From: Macrostomum lignano
Lineage: Eukaryota
DNA length: 64,000 nucleotides
Assembly: GCA_002269645.1 (NCBI GenBank)
Contig: NIVC01000382.1
Location: 62,001 to 126,000, forward strand
Reading direction: 5' to 3'
Position 1 is the stretch's first letter, and every line of letters starts with the position of its first letter. Of the stretch, positions 25,385-37,581 are shown in pieces. The position numbers and the translations under genes were made by a program. The notes beneath the pieces are model-generated. The model had not been told where the DNA came from and made no database searches. It saw only the letters and a list, made by a program, of their open reading frames with translations.

Positions 25385-26239
25385 TTAACTTAGTTGGAGG
25401 TTTTGTACAACCATTGATTGTGTAACTTTCTCAAAGTTTTGCATAGAAATAATTAGGGATCGAATGGATGTGTATGTCTGTAATTGGAATATGTGATGCC
25501 GTCGGGATTGATATTTTGTAGAACGCTGTATAGATAGCGACGTCGTTGAGGCATGTCTTGACGTGATTGCCTGATTCAGTAGTGATGTCAAGTTGAAGAC
25601 AATTAAGTTGCATCTGGTGGATTCAGTCTCAGCAGCTACAGCAAATTGCACGATTGGCCCAGTAACACTCGGCGACAGCCAAGTTTTGCAACCCTCGCCT
25701 GTCATGAAAGCACAACGAATTGCAGCAACATAGTCCACTAAATACTTTCGTGCCAACAATGCATTGACACCAAGGAACTTGTGCCGCGATGCTTGAGCCA
25801 CAAACGCATGCACTGCATTAGAGTTGATCCAACGCTCAATGCTGACTTCAACATCGTCATCTGCCAGAAGAGAAATGATGGAAGCAACATCCATGACTGC
25901 CGCGTCACCAGCAGCAATAGCTGAGCGTCCAGTGGCCTTAGCAACTCGGGCAGCGAGACTATCATGGAGTGCTGCTGCAAGTCGTATGAAGTCTGCTTGG
26001 ATGTCTGAGCGGTCCCGAGCAATCCATCGAACCTTGTCACTAGCTGCGACTTTGTCGTCCACAAGCCATCCATCTAGCAGACGCGCACCTTGGTATGAGC
26101 CGCCTGGAACAATGGATTCATAACAGTCCTTCAGACGTGGGTAGTCCTTCACATTGAATTCGGTCGCACGGCGGTTCAGGAAGTCAGCGACTTTAGCCCA
26201 AAGCAGATGAAGCTTCCAGTGTGGCTGTTGGCGTAACAC
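25385..26239 (-). CDS. Orphan ORF/exon of unknown function
   Basis: 284-codon open frame. The ~210 codons at the GC-richer end look protein-like (GGSYQGARLLDGWLVDD...WIARDRSDIQADFIRLAAALHDSLAARV). No family recognised with certainty. Confidence 0.45.
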   Translation of the reverse strand: MLRQQPHWKLHLLWAKVADFLNRRATEFNVKDYPRLKDCYESIVPGGSYQGARLLDGWLVDDKVAASDKVRWIARDRSDIQADFIRLAAALHDSLAARVAKATGRSAIAAGDAAVMDVASIISLLADDDVEVSIERWINSNAVHAFVAQASRHKFLGVNALLARKYLVDYVAAIRCAFMTGEGCKTWLSPSVTGPIVQFAVAAETESTRCNLIVFNLTSLLNQAITSRHASTTSLSIQRSTKYQSRRHHIFQLQTYTSIRSLIISMQNFEKVTQSMVVQNLQLS

Positions 26240-26304
26240 CCACTCAAAACCGAGTGACTAATAACTACATTACTATAATATCAACAACGCCAATTGCTGC
26301 TGGC

Positions 26305-29300
26305 TCATTTCTCGCACAAAGCTAATAAACGCTTCTGCTCATTTACCTGTGCCAGAATACCACCTGTAGAAAATAGGCGCTGAAATCTAACGAAATCGCA
26401 ACAGGTAACAAACAGATCAGACAAGGCACGAACTCTACTCACGGCAGTGTAGTACAGACCTGCTGGCGGCGACTTGCGGCCCTTACCCAGCTGTACAAAC
26501 GCCTTGTCAATCGTTAGGCCTTGCGACTTGTGAATAGTGATTGCCCAGGCTAGCCTCAGCGGAAACTGCTGTCTCGACAAGCTGGCGCCTCGCTGAAGCC
26601 ACTGGCTCGACACTGGCAGAATTGGCACAACAGAAACTGATGACGCACACTCGCTGCTGCTGCTGCTGCTGCTACTACCATCTCCTCTGGTCAGCCGCAT
26701 GGCTTGCATTGCCGGGCCATTGTAGCGCTCGAATTCAACCCAAACGCAAACGGGCAAATCGTTTGGCGGCTTCTTTCCATTCGCATAGCAGATGCCACGA
26801 ACCGTTCCAACCGAGCCATTCACCAGGCCATTTTGCACAGATAGATTCCGAGTCAACATCACGCGTGCTCCAATCGCCAGAAATAGTCGCCTGGCTAGGC
26901 CTGTCTCCGATTTCTGCTTGCTACTATCAGCAGCATTGTTGCCAGTCAGCGGTTGCCTTCCAGTACAAGTTGCATTGATTATCCGCACTGGATTGTTATC
27001 ATCGACAATTTTTCGCAGCTCCTCACAATTGGCATTAGACACATCTTCATTTGTGTGGTACAATAGCGTGCATTTGCCATCAACATCTAGCGGTAGCATG
27101 TCTGCAGCTGCTACTTGACACTTGTCCATTACAGTCTTCCAAATGGCTTCGGTTACTTTGCCTTCGCGAAGAGACTCTAGAATGCTGGCAAACTCTGTGT
27201 CATTTGCTTGACGCACCTGCTTGTTTAGATAAACAACCGTTTTGAAACTCTGATACACTTGATAGCCAATCGGTGTCAAATTATCTTTAGAATTCTTGTT
27301 AAACACATACAGCTGTTTGTCTTGCACGGGAGGCAGCTGAAACACATCGCCAACCAAAATGATTGACCGTCCGCCGAAATATCCTTCTTCAAGCGTGTCT
27401 CGCTTCTCCTCAGGAAACAGTTCGCACAGCCGGTTGTGCACCTTTGCCAGTGTCCTTTGGCCAACCATGCTAAACTCGTCAATGATTATGTAGCGCACGT
27501 TTGACCATACCGATTGCATGTCTGACAATGCCTTGCTGCTGCCCGAAGTCGTTGAACCGTCAGCATTAGTAGTACACGCCGTAGTCGAAAACTTTACGTT
27601 CAACTTCAACGCTGAATGCAGTGTCTCGCCAGCAATGTTGAACGCAGCCACACCAGTCGGTGCCATTACTTTGCACTTGTCCTCGCCAATCAATTTTCGT
27701 AGTGCAGCAATCAGAAAACTCTTGCCTGTTCCAGCGCTGCCATACAAAATTACTCGCAGTGGTGGAGGCATCTTTCCCGACTCAGTAGTATTGTTAGTAG
27801 TGTCACTTTCGGCCAGTCGTTCAAGCTTCAATTGATTGTCAATCATGTCGTAGAGCTTCCGCTGTCTCTCATTCAGCAGTGAAACGTCAATCGTTTGACG
27901 ATTAGCGCCTGCACCATCTTCGATGGTAATTCCAGCTACACGTCTAACAGGCTTAGTCAGTTCGGTCATTAAAAACTGCTTTGCCTCTGCCAGACTCGGA
28001 AATTGCCAATCTGAAGCAGCACTCCAATCGAAACCTTCTGGCGCAACTGGCAGAGTGTCTTCCGGATTCTTGTTGACATTCAGCTGAATGTCCGCATGCT
28101 TTGCACCCAGTGCTGCCATCCAATCCTCTTGCTGACGCTCCGGATAAGCTGGACCAGCAACTGATTCGGCATTCGCGGCAGTCATGTCTGGCAAATCGGC
28201 GACTGCTTCGCGTTCCTCCTCGTCGGCTTCATCGTTGCGCAGGTCGTCCAAATCGCGCACAACCAGCTGACACGCTTCCGTTTGCATCATCGCCTCGTAG
28301 GCCTCGCGCCAGCTTGCATGCGATCCCTTTGCTTGCTCTTCGGTTCGCCAACAGCTCCACAGTAGTACCTGCTGCCGATAGTATTGTTCGCGCCGTTTAT
28401 CGTCGCTTTCTGTTGAGCGCAAAAACGGACTCACAATCAAAACTGCTTCCTTGCCCGCTAGTCGCTTCTTGTAGACGGCAACTTGTTCACCACCGCGTCT
28501 TTGTTGACGCATCGGGGGAATATAGTCCGAAAAGAATCGATACATTGTCTCATTCTCCAATTGTGCCGGCCGATTTGCGTACTTTTCAATACTATTCTTG
28601 CAAACGCCTCGACTCTCAATCACTCTAGTCTCGCCAGTTTGAACGTAGACAAACTCTCGCGACGCCTTGTACATCGGTGTCTGTAATACCAGATGCATAG
28701 CCTCTTGTGCTGAATAGTCGCGCGCTCCAACTTGCATCATCAAGTGCTGCTGAACAATGCGACGTGCAGTATTTGTTCGACTATACTCGTCGTGCTGCTG
28801 ATTATTATCATCTTCTGCTGCATTATCAATGTCCACTGACTCCTGCTGCTGCTCCATAGAAAGATAGCGACGATTCAACTCTTGCAACTGCTCCGATTCC
28901 TTCTCTCCTTTGCTTGCATACTTGATCAAATAGCGAATCAAATCTTTGGCCGACGAAATCATCTGAATGTCTAGGTTAGCTCTCCACATGCACAGTACTT
29001 GAGGATTGTACATGCCAATATATTGGTCGTTGCGCTGCGTCTCAACCTTCCAGTTTAAACTCGACAGCTTTTTGGCGACAGTCTTTGTCTGCGTATCTCG
29101 CGGATATTTGTATCGACACTTCATAGAGCCGTTCTTTTCCTTTCGTAAACACCGATTACTGCACCTTGAGTGCCTCATGTTGTTGTGAAGAAGTGCTTGC
29201 AAATCAGCTTTATCGTCCTTAATTTCGGACGGCTTCAATCGAGCCGGCTCCGCTCCTACTCCGCCAGATGAAATTTCGCGACCGCTATCTGATTCGTCCA

Positions 29301-32300
29301 TGCACGTGTTCCAACTGCAAATGTACTTGTCCACAAAGGCAACCAAATCTTCTGCTTGCAAGGATTCCGAAGTCACATCCACTCCGTCCGGCATCCAAAC
29401 GCAGCCATGAACATGCGGGCTTCCTCGACTCTGATACTCGATACGAAACCAAAAGTCCTTTACTTTCCAGTGCTCAACAAAAAATCTTTGCAAAAACAAT
29501 TCAAAACGAATCCAAAACACAGTATCCGCCATGCCAGGATCCTTTTGCAGTCTGGAACGCAACTCGTCTCGGATTTCTTGCCAATTATCGTTGTCAACGT
29601 CTTCTTCGATTTGCCAAGCTTGCAACAACTCTGGCCACTGAATATCCGCCGCGGATAACGTCACAAAATAGTGCGGCAAACCAATTGTTTTAATCATTGC
29701 TTCCAATTGTCTACGCTTGCTTTGCCAATAGCTGGCTGTTCCACGCAACTCTGATGCTCTGGCTGACACGCTGGACATCACCGCTGGGTCTTTCAGCTTC
29801 TCCAGCATCTCTGGCGCACTTAAGCCAGCCAAATTCTTGTCGTGCACAAATACTCGTCCAACTTCCAATGCTCTCCATCGCATCACCATGTTCTCAATGA
29901 AAAAGCGAAAGCGAGGATCGCAACGAAATCTCGGGCAGTGAAACTGCATCAAATGCTTCGCATAGTCGCCCAGGCTTATCGAACGCACTCGCGGAGTCTT
30001 GTAGTCGCCTCTGCCGTCAGGAAATAGGTGCGGATAGGCCAGACTAAACAAGCCCTCCTGTTCGAATTCATTCACTGGTACTCGGCTCGATCTTGGCCAT
30101 TGCAATTTCTCTTCTAGCAAACGATCGCGAATCTTTACTTCCAAACGACGCAATGGCGTATTCAGCAAAGCGCTTGTCGTCTCTTCCAGCTGAGCTTCTT
30201 CCATTTGTTGCCTTTGCTCATCTTCATCTGGCTGCCTGGCTTCCTCTTCCGCCGCATCCCGATCAACATTGACATCTTGAGTGTCCATTTGATTAACCAT
30301 TTCATTGATTTGCTGCGCATATCCATTCTCTGGCAACGAATTCAACGCTTCGCGATCAATACCGACAGAAAATCGTTGAAAATACTGATTATTATTAATC
30401 AGATACCTGATTGCATTCAACACCTTGTCGCGTCTCACTCGCAGATTGTTCATCGCTCCCGTAACTGTACTGCCAGGATTGTTTTGCATCTTTTTGTCAT
30501 ACATCAGCACCACAGGGAGAGTTCGTCTCGGCAATTCTCTCACAACGCTTGCCTGATCCTGCGGAAACATGATTCCATGCCCTCTCGAAGCATGCTGGCC
30601 TTGCGGAAACAACCGATAAACTACAATAACAGACAATATCGGCGAAATCAGCATTTGCTCTGCAACTGACAAATCGCGTAGTTCTTCCGGCTGCTCACAC
30701 ATTGGATTGGCATTATTTTCGTCGCTAAATAGTTTTGGTTTTCCAGAATCTGTAACACATCGATGGCATGATGCATCACTTTGTTGTCTAAAATAAACGC
30801 ACGGAAACCTTTCTTTGCACACCAAGCATCGCTTTAAATTACTCAGCCTTGAAGTACATTCTTGAAAAAATTCATTCCGCATCTTCTTGTACTGTTTAGT
30901 AAAAGGATTGCGAAGACATTGCGGCAAACTGATATTGCTAGCGCCTTGCTCTTCAACATCAGAATTGGGTTCTTCCTCCGCAACGTGCTCGATTTCTGGC
31001 ACTTCGGCCTCAATTTCAACTCGTTGCTGCTGCTGCTGCTGCTGCTGCTCAATTTGCGCCTTTTTTCTAGGCGAAGAACGACCCTCTTTAACAGTGTTCA
31101 CTTTAGTGCGCCTGCGCTTTGTTGGCGATGCTTCTAAAACAGTATCTGTAGGTATGGACTGCTCATCAATGGCCTTTTTTCTTGGTGAACTTCGACTCTT
31201 GCTTTGACCATTTTGTCCTCCTCTTTGTTGAGACTTAGTCTTTGTCGGTCGTTGATGATCTTTGCTCTCTTCCAGAGCTACACTAGCCAATTCGACTTCT
31301 TCCTCTTCTGCAATGCAACTCACTTTGTCAGACTCAGTAGCCGCTCCAATGCTGCTTAAATTCGATTTACCAACTGAAGAAGCGTCACCTTCTTCTATGC
31401 GCCTTTTGTTGGCTAGTAATCGCTCGCTTCGACGCGTTGGACTGCCAGGCTTGACAACTCGCTTTTGCTGTCGATCTGCACTTGAAACGAAACTTTCAGA
31501 TGCTTCTGACGACAATACAGACGCATTGCTGCTGCCGCACGCTTTCGCGATTAGACGACTGCTACGCCGCGTGGGACAACTGGGAACACTTCCATTTCGA
31601 CGACTCCGCCGCGAAACACTCGACGAAACATTGCTCATTTTATTGGACTCTGCAGCCTCTCCAATGCTGCTTAATTTTGATGTACTAACTGAGGAAGCGT
31701 CACCTTCTTCTATGCGCCTTTTCTTGGCTAGTAATCGCTCGCTTCGACGCGTTGGACTGCCAGGCTTGAAAATTCGCTTTCGGCGTCGAACTACACTTGA
31801 AGCGCAACTGTCAGATGCTTCTGCTGACGACAATACAGACGCATTGCTGCTGTTGCACGCTTTCGCGCTTAAACGACTGCTACGTCGCGTAGGACAACTG
31901 GGAACACTTCGATTTCGACGACTCCGCCGCGAAACACTCGACGAAACCTTGCTGGTTGAATCATTGCCGCTACACACGGAAAGAGTTGGCTCCTCCTCGT
32001 CCGCATCTAGGTCGACATTCCATAGTACATTGAACCGATTCTCGTCGACTCTAATGCTAAACTTGTTGTCCACATCAGTCGCAGCCGCACCTAGAACCCT
32101 CCTGCATGCTCGTCGGTTACATTTCACTTCTTTCCATTCTTGCACTTTCTGCGCAACACTCTGCATCGGAATCGCAGGAGGCGGCGGCGGCGGCGGCGGC
32201 GGCATCATCTTGGCTGCACCATCATCCTCAGCGGCTAGACGAGACGATTGGCGCACATGTACCGACTGGTAATGCTCAGCTTGCCGATTAAAATGCAATC

Positions 32301-34563
32301 GAACTGTCGCTCGCGGTTCCACACCGACTGGGCCTAGATAAATGCCGTCGAGATTCGAACCAGCGTCCATGTTCTGGTACACATAGATCTCAATGCCAAG
32401 CAGTCTAGCTGCTGCTGAAGCCACGTGGTCAGAAACATATTCGCCTTTTCGTTTGGTCTTTTCCAACAAATCGCGCCACTCTGCTTCGGAAATGCCAGTG
32501 TCGTTCTCCGCACTGTCGATCCAATTCTCTAGCTGAATTGCCAGCGCTTGTCGAAGATTATCTGCGTTCATTTCCAAAGCTGTGCCTTGCAATTGATCCG
32601 ACAGAGCCGAAAAGAAGCAGTTTCCATCACCTGCGATGCGCTTCAACCAGCAGGCAGACAAGGGCACCCATTGTGGGGCACGGCCAACTTGTAGCCTCGC
32701 CAGACTCACTCGGTCCTCTGTGTCGTCTTCCAGAGTCGCGACACCTTTGAAGTTAAAAGACATGCACTTTTTGTAACAAAAAATTGGATCAGCTTACCAC
32801 TTGGTCTGTCTGCTTTTACAGAACTATAGTGCTAGTGCTTTACAACCCTCAAACAACTTATAGCTGCAGTGACTTAAGTGACTACCGAAAACCCCACTTC
32901 CAAAACTGAAACTATTAATCTTAATTTTCCATAAAAACCCACCCAACCAGCAAAAAATACTCTAACGAGACTGGTTCGATAATGGCGCTTTAAATATTGA
33001 TGAAAGAATATTCCTTGTTCGAACCACGACTTTTCAAAATCGCTTTTCTCTAAAATGCTACATTGACGAAATACAAATTAACAGTTGTGGAATGTCTCCA
33101 TTGAGAAATCTGAGATATGGCCAAACATTCCAATCTTAATACTTGTAGATTCTATATTAGCATTTATTATATTAAATTTCAAAATCTTGATTTAAAAAAC
33201 TATGCCACCCAAAATAGACACTAAACTAAGGCAGGGCTTACCGTCAGTGTGGCCTAAACCTGCTTCTCTGAGTGCAGCAGCAGCTTCGTCCAATTCAGCT
33301 TGTTGTCCTGCTAATTCATCAGTAGTACACACGACAACAGCAATTGGGCAGTCTGAAGCACATTAGGGTGAGTATAATACTAAGTTATAGGCTTATAATT
33401 CAAGCATATACATTAAAACAGCATTCTAAACTTTATCATCCAACTTTCATGACACCTGAATCCAACTATTCCAGTTCCGTTACAATCTATTCGTATGTGA
33501 AAGTTGCGAATGGCAAGGAGTAACACAAGCTTACCACGAGTTTCGTCACACAATCCACTCTCCTTCAAAGCAGCAGCAGCATTGCGCAATTCATAGTCTA
33601 CAGTGGCATCTTCAGCAGCAACAACATTGTCAGAACCACCAGAAGCAGCAGCAGCAACTGCGAAATTCGTAACTTCCGATACAACAGTAGCGACAGCAGG
33701 TGTGCTTGATTCAGGCTCAATAGCAGTAGCAGCAGCAGCAGCATCCTCGTTCGAAGAGGAGCTTCGCGCCGCCTCTCTCGCCATCGGCTGGATCAACCAA
33801 GCTGCTCTCACCGCGGCTACCAACATCTGCTCAGACAGCCAATCTATGCTCCGCGCTCTGGCCAGCGGCAACCCCAGAATCAGATCTGCACTACCTACTG
33901 CATCTGCCGAAATCACCTGGCAGTGGGTTCCGGGCCACCAGAATATTCCTGGCAACGAGCTGGCCGACCAAGCAGCCAAAGAGGCCACCACGCTCGTGTC
34001 TCCCGCTAGTCAGATCAGCATCCACAGCGCCAAAAACGTCATCAGAAGATCCGTCCTCGATCCCCCGATACGCCACGAGCGCACCCGGCACGCGTACCGG
34101 CTTCTCAACCGTCAATTGGAAGAGGACTCCATCACCAACCGTGCCGATGCGGTGCTTCTTGCGCGCTTACGCTCAGGTCACTGCACTCTTTTCAACGCGT
34201 ATCGCAGCATTGTCGACCCGGCCGTCGACCCAGCATGTCACCGCTGCGGCCATCCCTGCGATGACCTGGAACACTGGCTTGACTGCCCAGCTCTCGCCGG
34301 CACCAGGCTCCGCCTTCTTGGAGGACCCACGACAGACATCAGCAGCATTTCCGCCTACCCCCTCGGGTTGATAGCGCTGGCCAGACACTGCCCTTAGCTC
34401 TGCCTGGGCGCGTACCACCAAAACAACAACAACAACAAGCAGCAGCAGCAGCAGGTTCGCCTGTCTTGCAATCAATAGCGACGGCTGGCGGCTTCGTTTT
34501 AGACTCGAATGGACACCCGTAGGTAGCGCGTTTAGGCTTCCTTCCAGGTCCTTTCGGCGGCAT
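26305..34563 (-). CDS. Helentron/Helitron2-type RepHel protein: OTU protease + Zn finger + HUH Rep + Pif1 helicase; exon 1 disrupted by a LINE
   Basis: Main exon ~32744-26305. It has an OTU-like IAGDGNCFFSAL...HYQSV, CLVC..CHRC, AYPHLFPDGRGD, FVTLSAAD, RIEYQSRGSPHVHG (HUH), YLIKYASK, GSAGTGKS, IIDEFSM, GDVFQLPPV, QFPLRLAWAITIHKSQG and YTAVSRV. Phase-1-compatible upstream exons lie at ~33355-33243 and 34563-33535 (MPPKGPGRKPKR...). No AP endonuclease follows the helicase. Confidence 0.92.
31325..31948 (-). repeat. In-frame ~100-codon tandem duplication within RepHel
   Basis: VSSSVSRRSRRN.SVPSCPTRRSSRL..KAC.SSNASVLSS...KPGSPTRRSERLLA.KRRIEEGDASSV...LSSIG.A.ES occurs twice. Confidence 0.9.
33744..34438 (+). 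mobile_element. 5'-truncated non-LTR retrotransposon (RNase H + CCHC end, I/R1-like)
   Basis: RNase H motifs SSFEEELRA, ICSDSQS, WQWVPGHQNIPGNELAD, then CHRCGHPCDDLEHWLDC. It has a (CAA)n tail at ~34415-34438 and a 15-bp TSD GCAGCAGCAGCAGCA at 33729-33743 and 34439-34453. Confidence 0.9.
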
Positions 34564-34718
34564 ACTCCTTAATAATTGTTAAAAGTGTTAAAGTGTTAAT
34601 ACATCAAGATTAAATGAGATTTGAATCTGTACTACTCATTTGCTTTTCTGTTTTGAAACTTAACTATAAATGGATTTGCACCTGACTTATGTTTGCTTCT
34701 ATCAAGATCTCAAACATA

Positions 34719-36010
34719 CGAGGGGCACTATTAAAGTTCTGAGCCTTAATATGAAAGAGAGGAGATATGGGCAAAGTGAGATCAGCTTTTCTCAACATAG
34801 TCTCCCCCAACCAAGATGCACTTATGGCATCTTGATCGCAGCGCCTCAATGCCACTCTGGAAGAATTGCACCGAGCAGCCCTCAAACCAAGCAGTTGCAG
34901 CATCCTTCAGCGCATCATCAGTGTCAAATCGCTGTCCACGGAGCGCCCGCTTGAGATGTGGAAACAGGTGGAAGTCGCTCGGGCCAGGTCTGGTGAATAG
35001 GCTGGGTGCGGCAGCTCTCGAAACCCTGCGACACTGACAGCAGCCTTGGCAATCCTGCTAGTGTGGGCCGGTGCATTGTCGTGCAGCAGCACAACACCTC
35101 GGCTCAGCATCCCTCGCCTATTTTCCTTGATTGCTTCGCGCAGACGGGCGATCAGGTCAGCGTAGTAGGCGCCTGTGACTGTCTGCTTGTGCGGTAGAAA
35201 GTCCAGCAGCAGCGGGCCCTTGGCATCCCAGAAGACGGTGAGCATAATCTTGCCCGCACTGCATGCAGTCCGTGCCTTCAGTGGTGCAGGTGAACCAACT
35301 GGCAGCCACTGCTTGGACTCCTGCTTGGACTCGGGATCGTGGTGATGGATCCACGTCTCATCCCCGGTCACGCAGCAGGACAGAAAGTTGGCAGGGTCCG
35401 GATCGTAGGAGTCCAGGACAAGCTTTGAGTACTGCACCCGTGCGGTCTTTTGGTCCCTTGTCAAGATTCGTGGGATCCATCTGGCAGAAACCTTGGACAG
35501 ATGAAGATGCTGGTGCAGGATCTCAATGACTTGCGGGTCAGAGAGTCCAGTGTCTGCCGCAAGTTCCCTGACTTTCACCCGCTGGTCACTGTCAACCAGA
35601 GCCTGGATGCGCTGGATGTTGTCGGCAGTGACAGCAGTCCGGGGTCGTCCACATCGGGGGTCATCTTCGAGCGAGTCGCGGCCACGCTTGAACTCGGCTG
35701 CCCAGCGCTTTATGGTGGCGTATGAGGGGGCAGCGTCAGCGTACACACTAGCCATGCGGCTTTGAATTTCAGCAGGCTTTGAGCCCTCCAGAGTCAGAAA
35801 TTTAATCACTGCCCTGTGCTCAAGCTTCAATTCTTGAGAAAATGCCATGGGGTGCTGGAAATAAAATGGTGCAGTGGGACTTAGGGAATGCAGAAAATTC
35901 TGAAAAGTTGACAATAGACTATTAACATGTGGCGCTTTTAGAGCCTAAAGTTTCAACACTTTGCCACTATAAGATCTTGGTCAGGCTCAGAACTTTAATA
36001 GTGCCCCTCG
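34719..36010 (-). mobile_element. Mariner element 2, near-identical to element 1, with a 1-bp frameshift
   Basis: Same 28-bp TIRs, with TA TSD at 34717-34718 and 36011-36012. The translation matches element 1 up to YSPDLA, where CTGGCCCCGAG has become CTGGCCCGAG (~34981). Confidence 0.95.
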
Positions 36011-36442
36011 TAAGGGTTCTGGTGATATATGGAATTGGTAGAAATGCAGTCTTTGCATTGGTGTCTTATGGAAACAAAATTGTTACATTAAACAAAACAA
36101 CTTGGCATATAAGGAAAGGATGGTCATTATACTATTAGCTTCCTGATGCTCAAGTAGTGCACAAAGTTAGACACAAAGAGTTTAATTGTTTGTCTATTTA
36201 CAAAACATCTTTCTTAAATATTTAAAACTATATATATATACAAGAACTCATTTACTTGTGTTTTGAAACTTAACTATTGCATTTTTGTTAATGCTTTAAT
36301 TCTTTATTCATTGGCTCTAATCTCTAGTCTATCTCAAATATTAGGCCTGGACCTGGTAGGTCTTACAACTTAGGCTTTATGACTAACTTTTAGCTAAGGG
36401 CTTTGACTTTTAAGTAAGCCTATTATGCTTATCTATGCCTAT

Positions 36443-37581
36443 TAGTGTTCCGCCGCCGCGAGTTTTGACCTCCGTAACCGTAACCGTAGCCGTAAGAAAG
36501 AAGCAACTTCCGTAGCCGAATTTTGCCGTCATTAAGGGCTAAAAAAGTCCGTAACCGTAATTTGCCGTAACCGTAGCCGTAATGTATAACAAAAATTGAT
36601 ATTTTTGCATGAAAAGTGGGGCAGACAGAAAAGGACAGATAAAAAGGATAAAAGGATAGCAATAAAACCTACTTGTTGTTCGTTCATGCATTAATATTCA
36701 TTTATTTTTTCGTAAATATAATATCTTTATCGAAGTATTCTATAGCATTGTTGTATGCAATTGTGTGCTTGATGCCTTTTTCAGTTTTCTGTGTCGTGAT
36801 TCTGTTTTGTTTCGCTACAATATGAATAAATGACTGACGTGCCAAGGTCAATGTGTATGTTTAATATCATTAAATAAATATATGAATTTGTTCAAATAAA
36901 ACTGCTTCAAAATTTCCGATGACTAAGAAATTGCATGTTACATTTTTTCATTTTCATTTTATTGCATTGTCTATTGTATTGTCTTCTTTGGTTTCAATCA
37001 ATTTTCAATCATAATTCATATTCTTATCCTATTAGTATTTATTTAGTATTTCCTTATTAATATTCTTTCATCCTTATCCTTATAATCTAAATCTAATATC
37101 CTATTTTTATGCTAAGGAGCTAAATGCTACATATGGCTAAGAAATAAGAATGCCAGATTCTTAGTCTCTTGTAGGCTTTGACTGGCTCTCTCTGTCTCGC
37201 TGCTATCATGCTATCGCTATGCTATGCTATGCCGTATGCCTAATGAGAAAATTCGTGAAAAAATTCGTTTTTCATTTTCAAGAAGTTTCGTAGATATTTA
37301 GAAACTTAACAAATGTAAAAAATAATAATAACTAGTAAAACAAAATGAAAACTGGTTGAAGTTGATATAAAAAAATTATTTTATAACACTAAACAGTTAA
37401 AAATAAATAATTTTTGTTACGGCTACCAATTATGGCAAGTCTAGAAAAATCTCCGTAATCCGTAACCGTAACCGTAAGCTCAAAATATGTCCGTAACCGT
37501 AATCCGTAATGAAAATACGGCTTCAAAAGTGTCGTAGCCATAATTTGCCGTAGCCGTAGCCGTAATTACGGCGGAACACTA
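36443..37581. mobile_element. hAT-type MITE
   Basis: TIRs TAGTGTTCCGCCG...CGGCGGAACACTA, 8-bp TSD ATGCCTAT (36435-36442 and 37582-37589), and subterminal CCGTAA/CCGTAG repeats. Confidence 0.92.

Noticed and set aside
31262-32272. Long antisense ORFs over GC-rich coding regions (also 10383-10871, 19046-19453 and others)
   Set aside because: Explained as shadow frames of the real opposite-strand genes.
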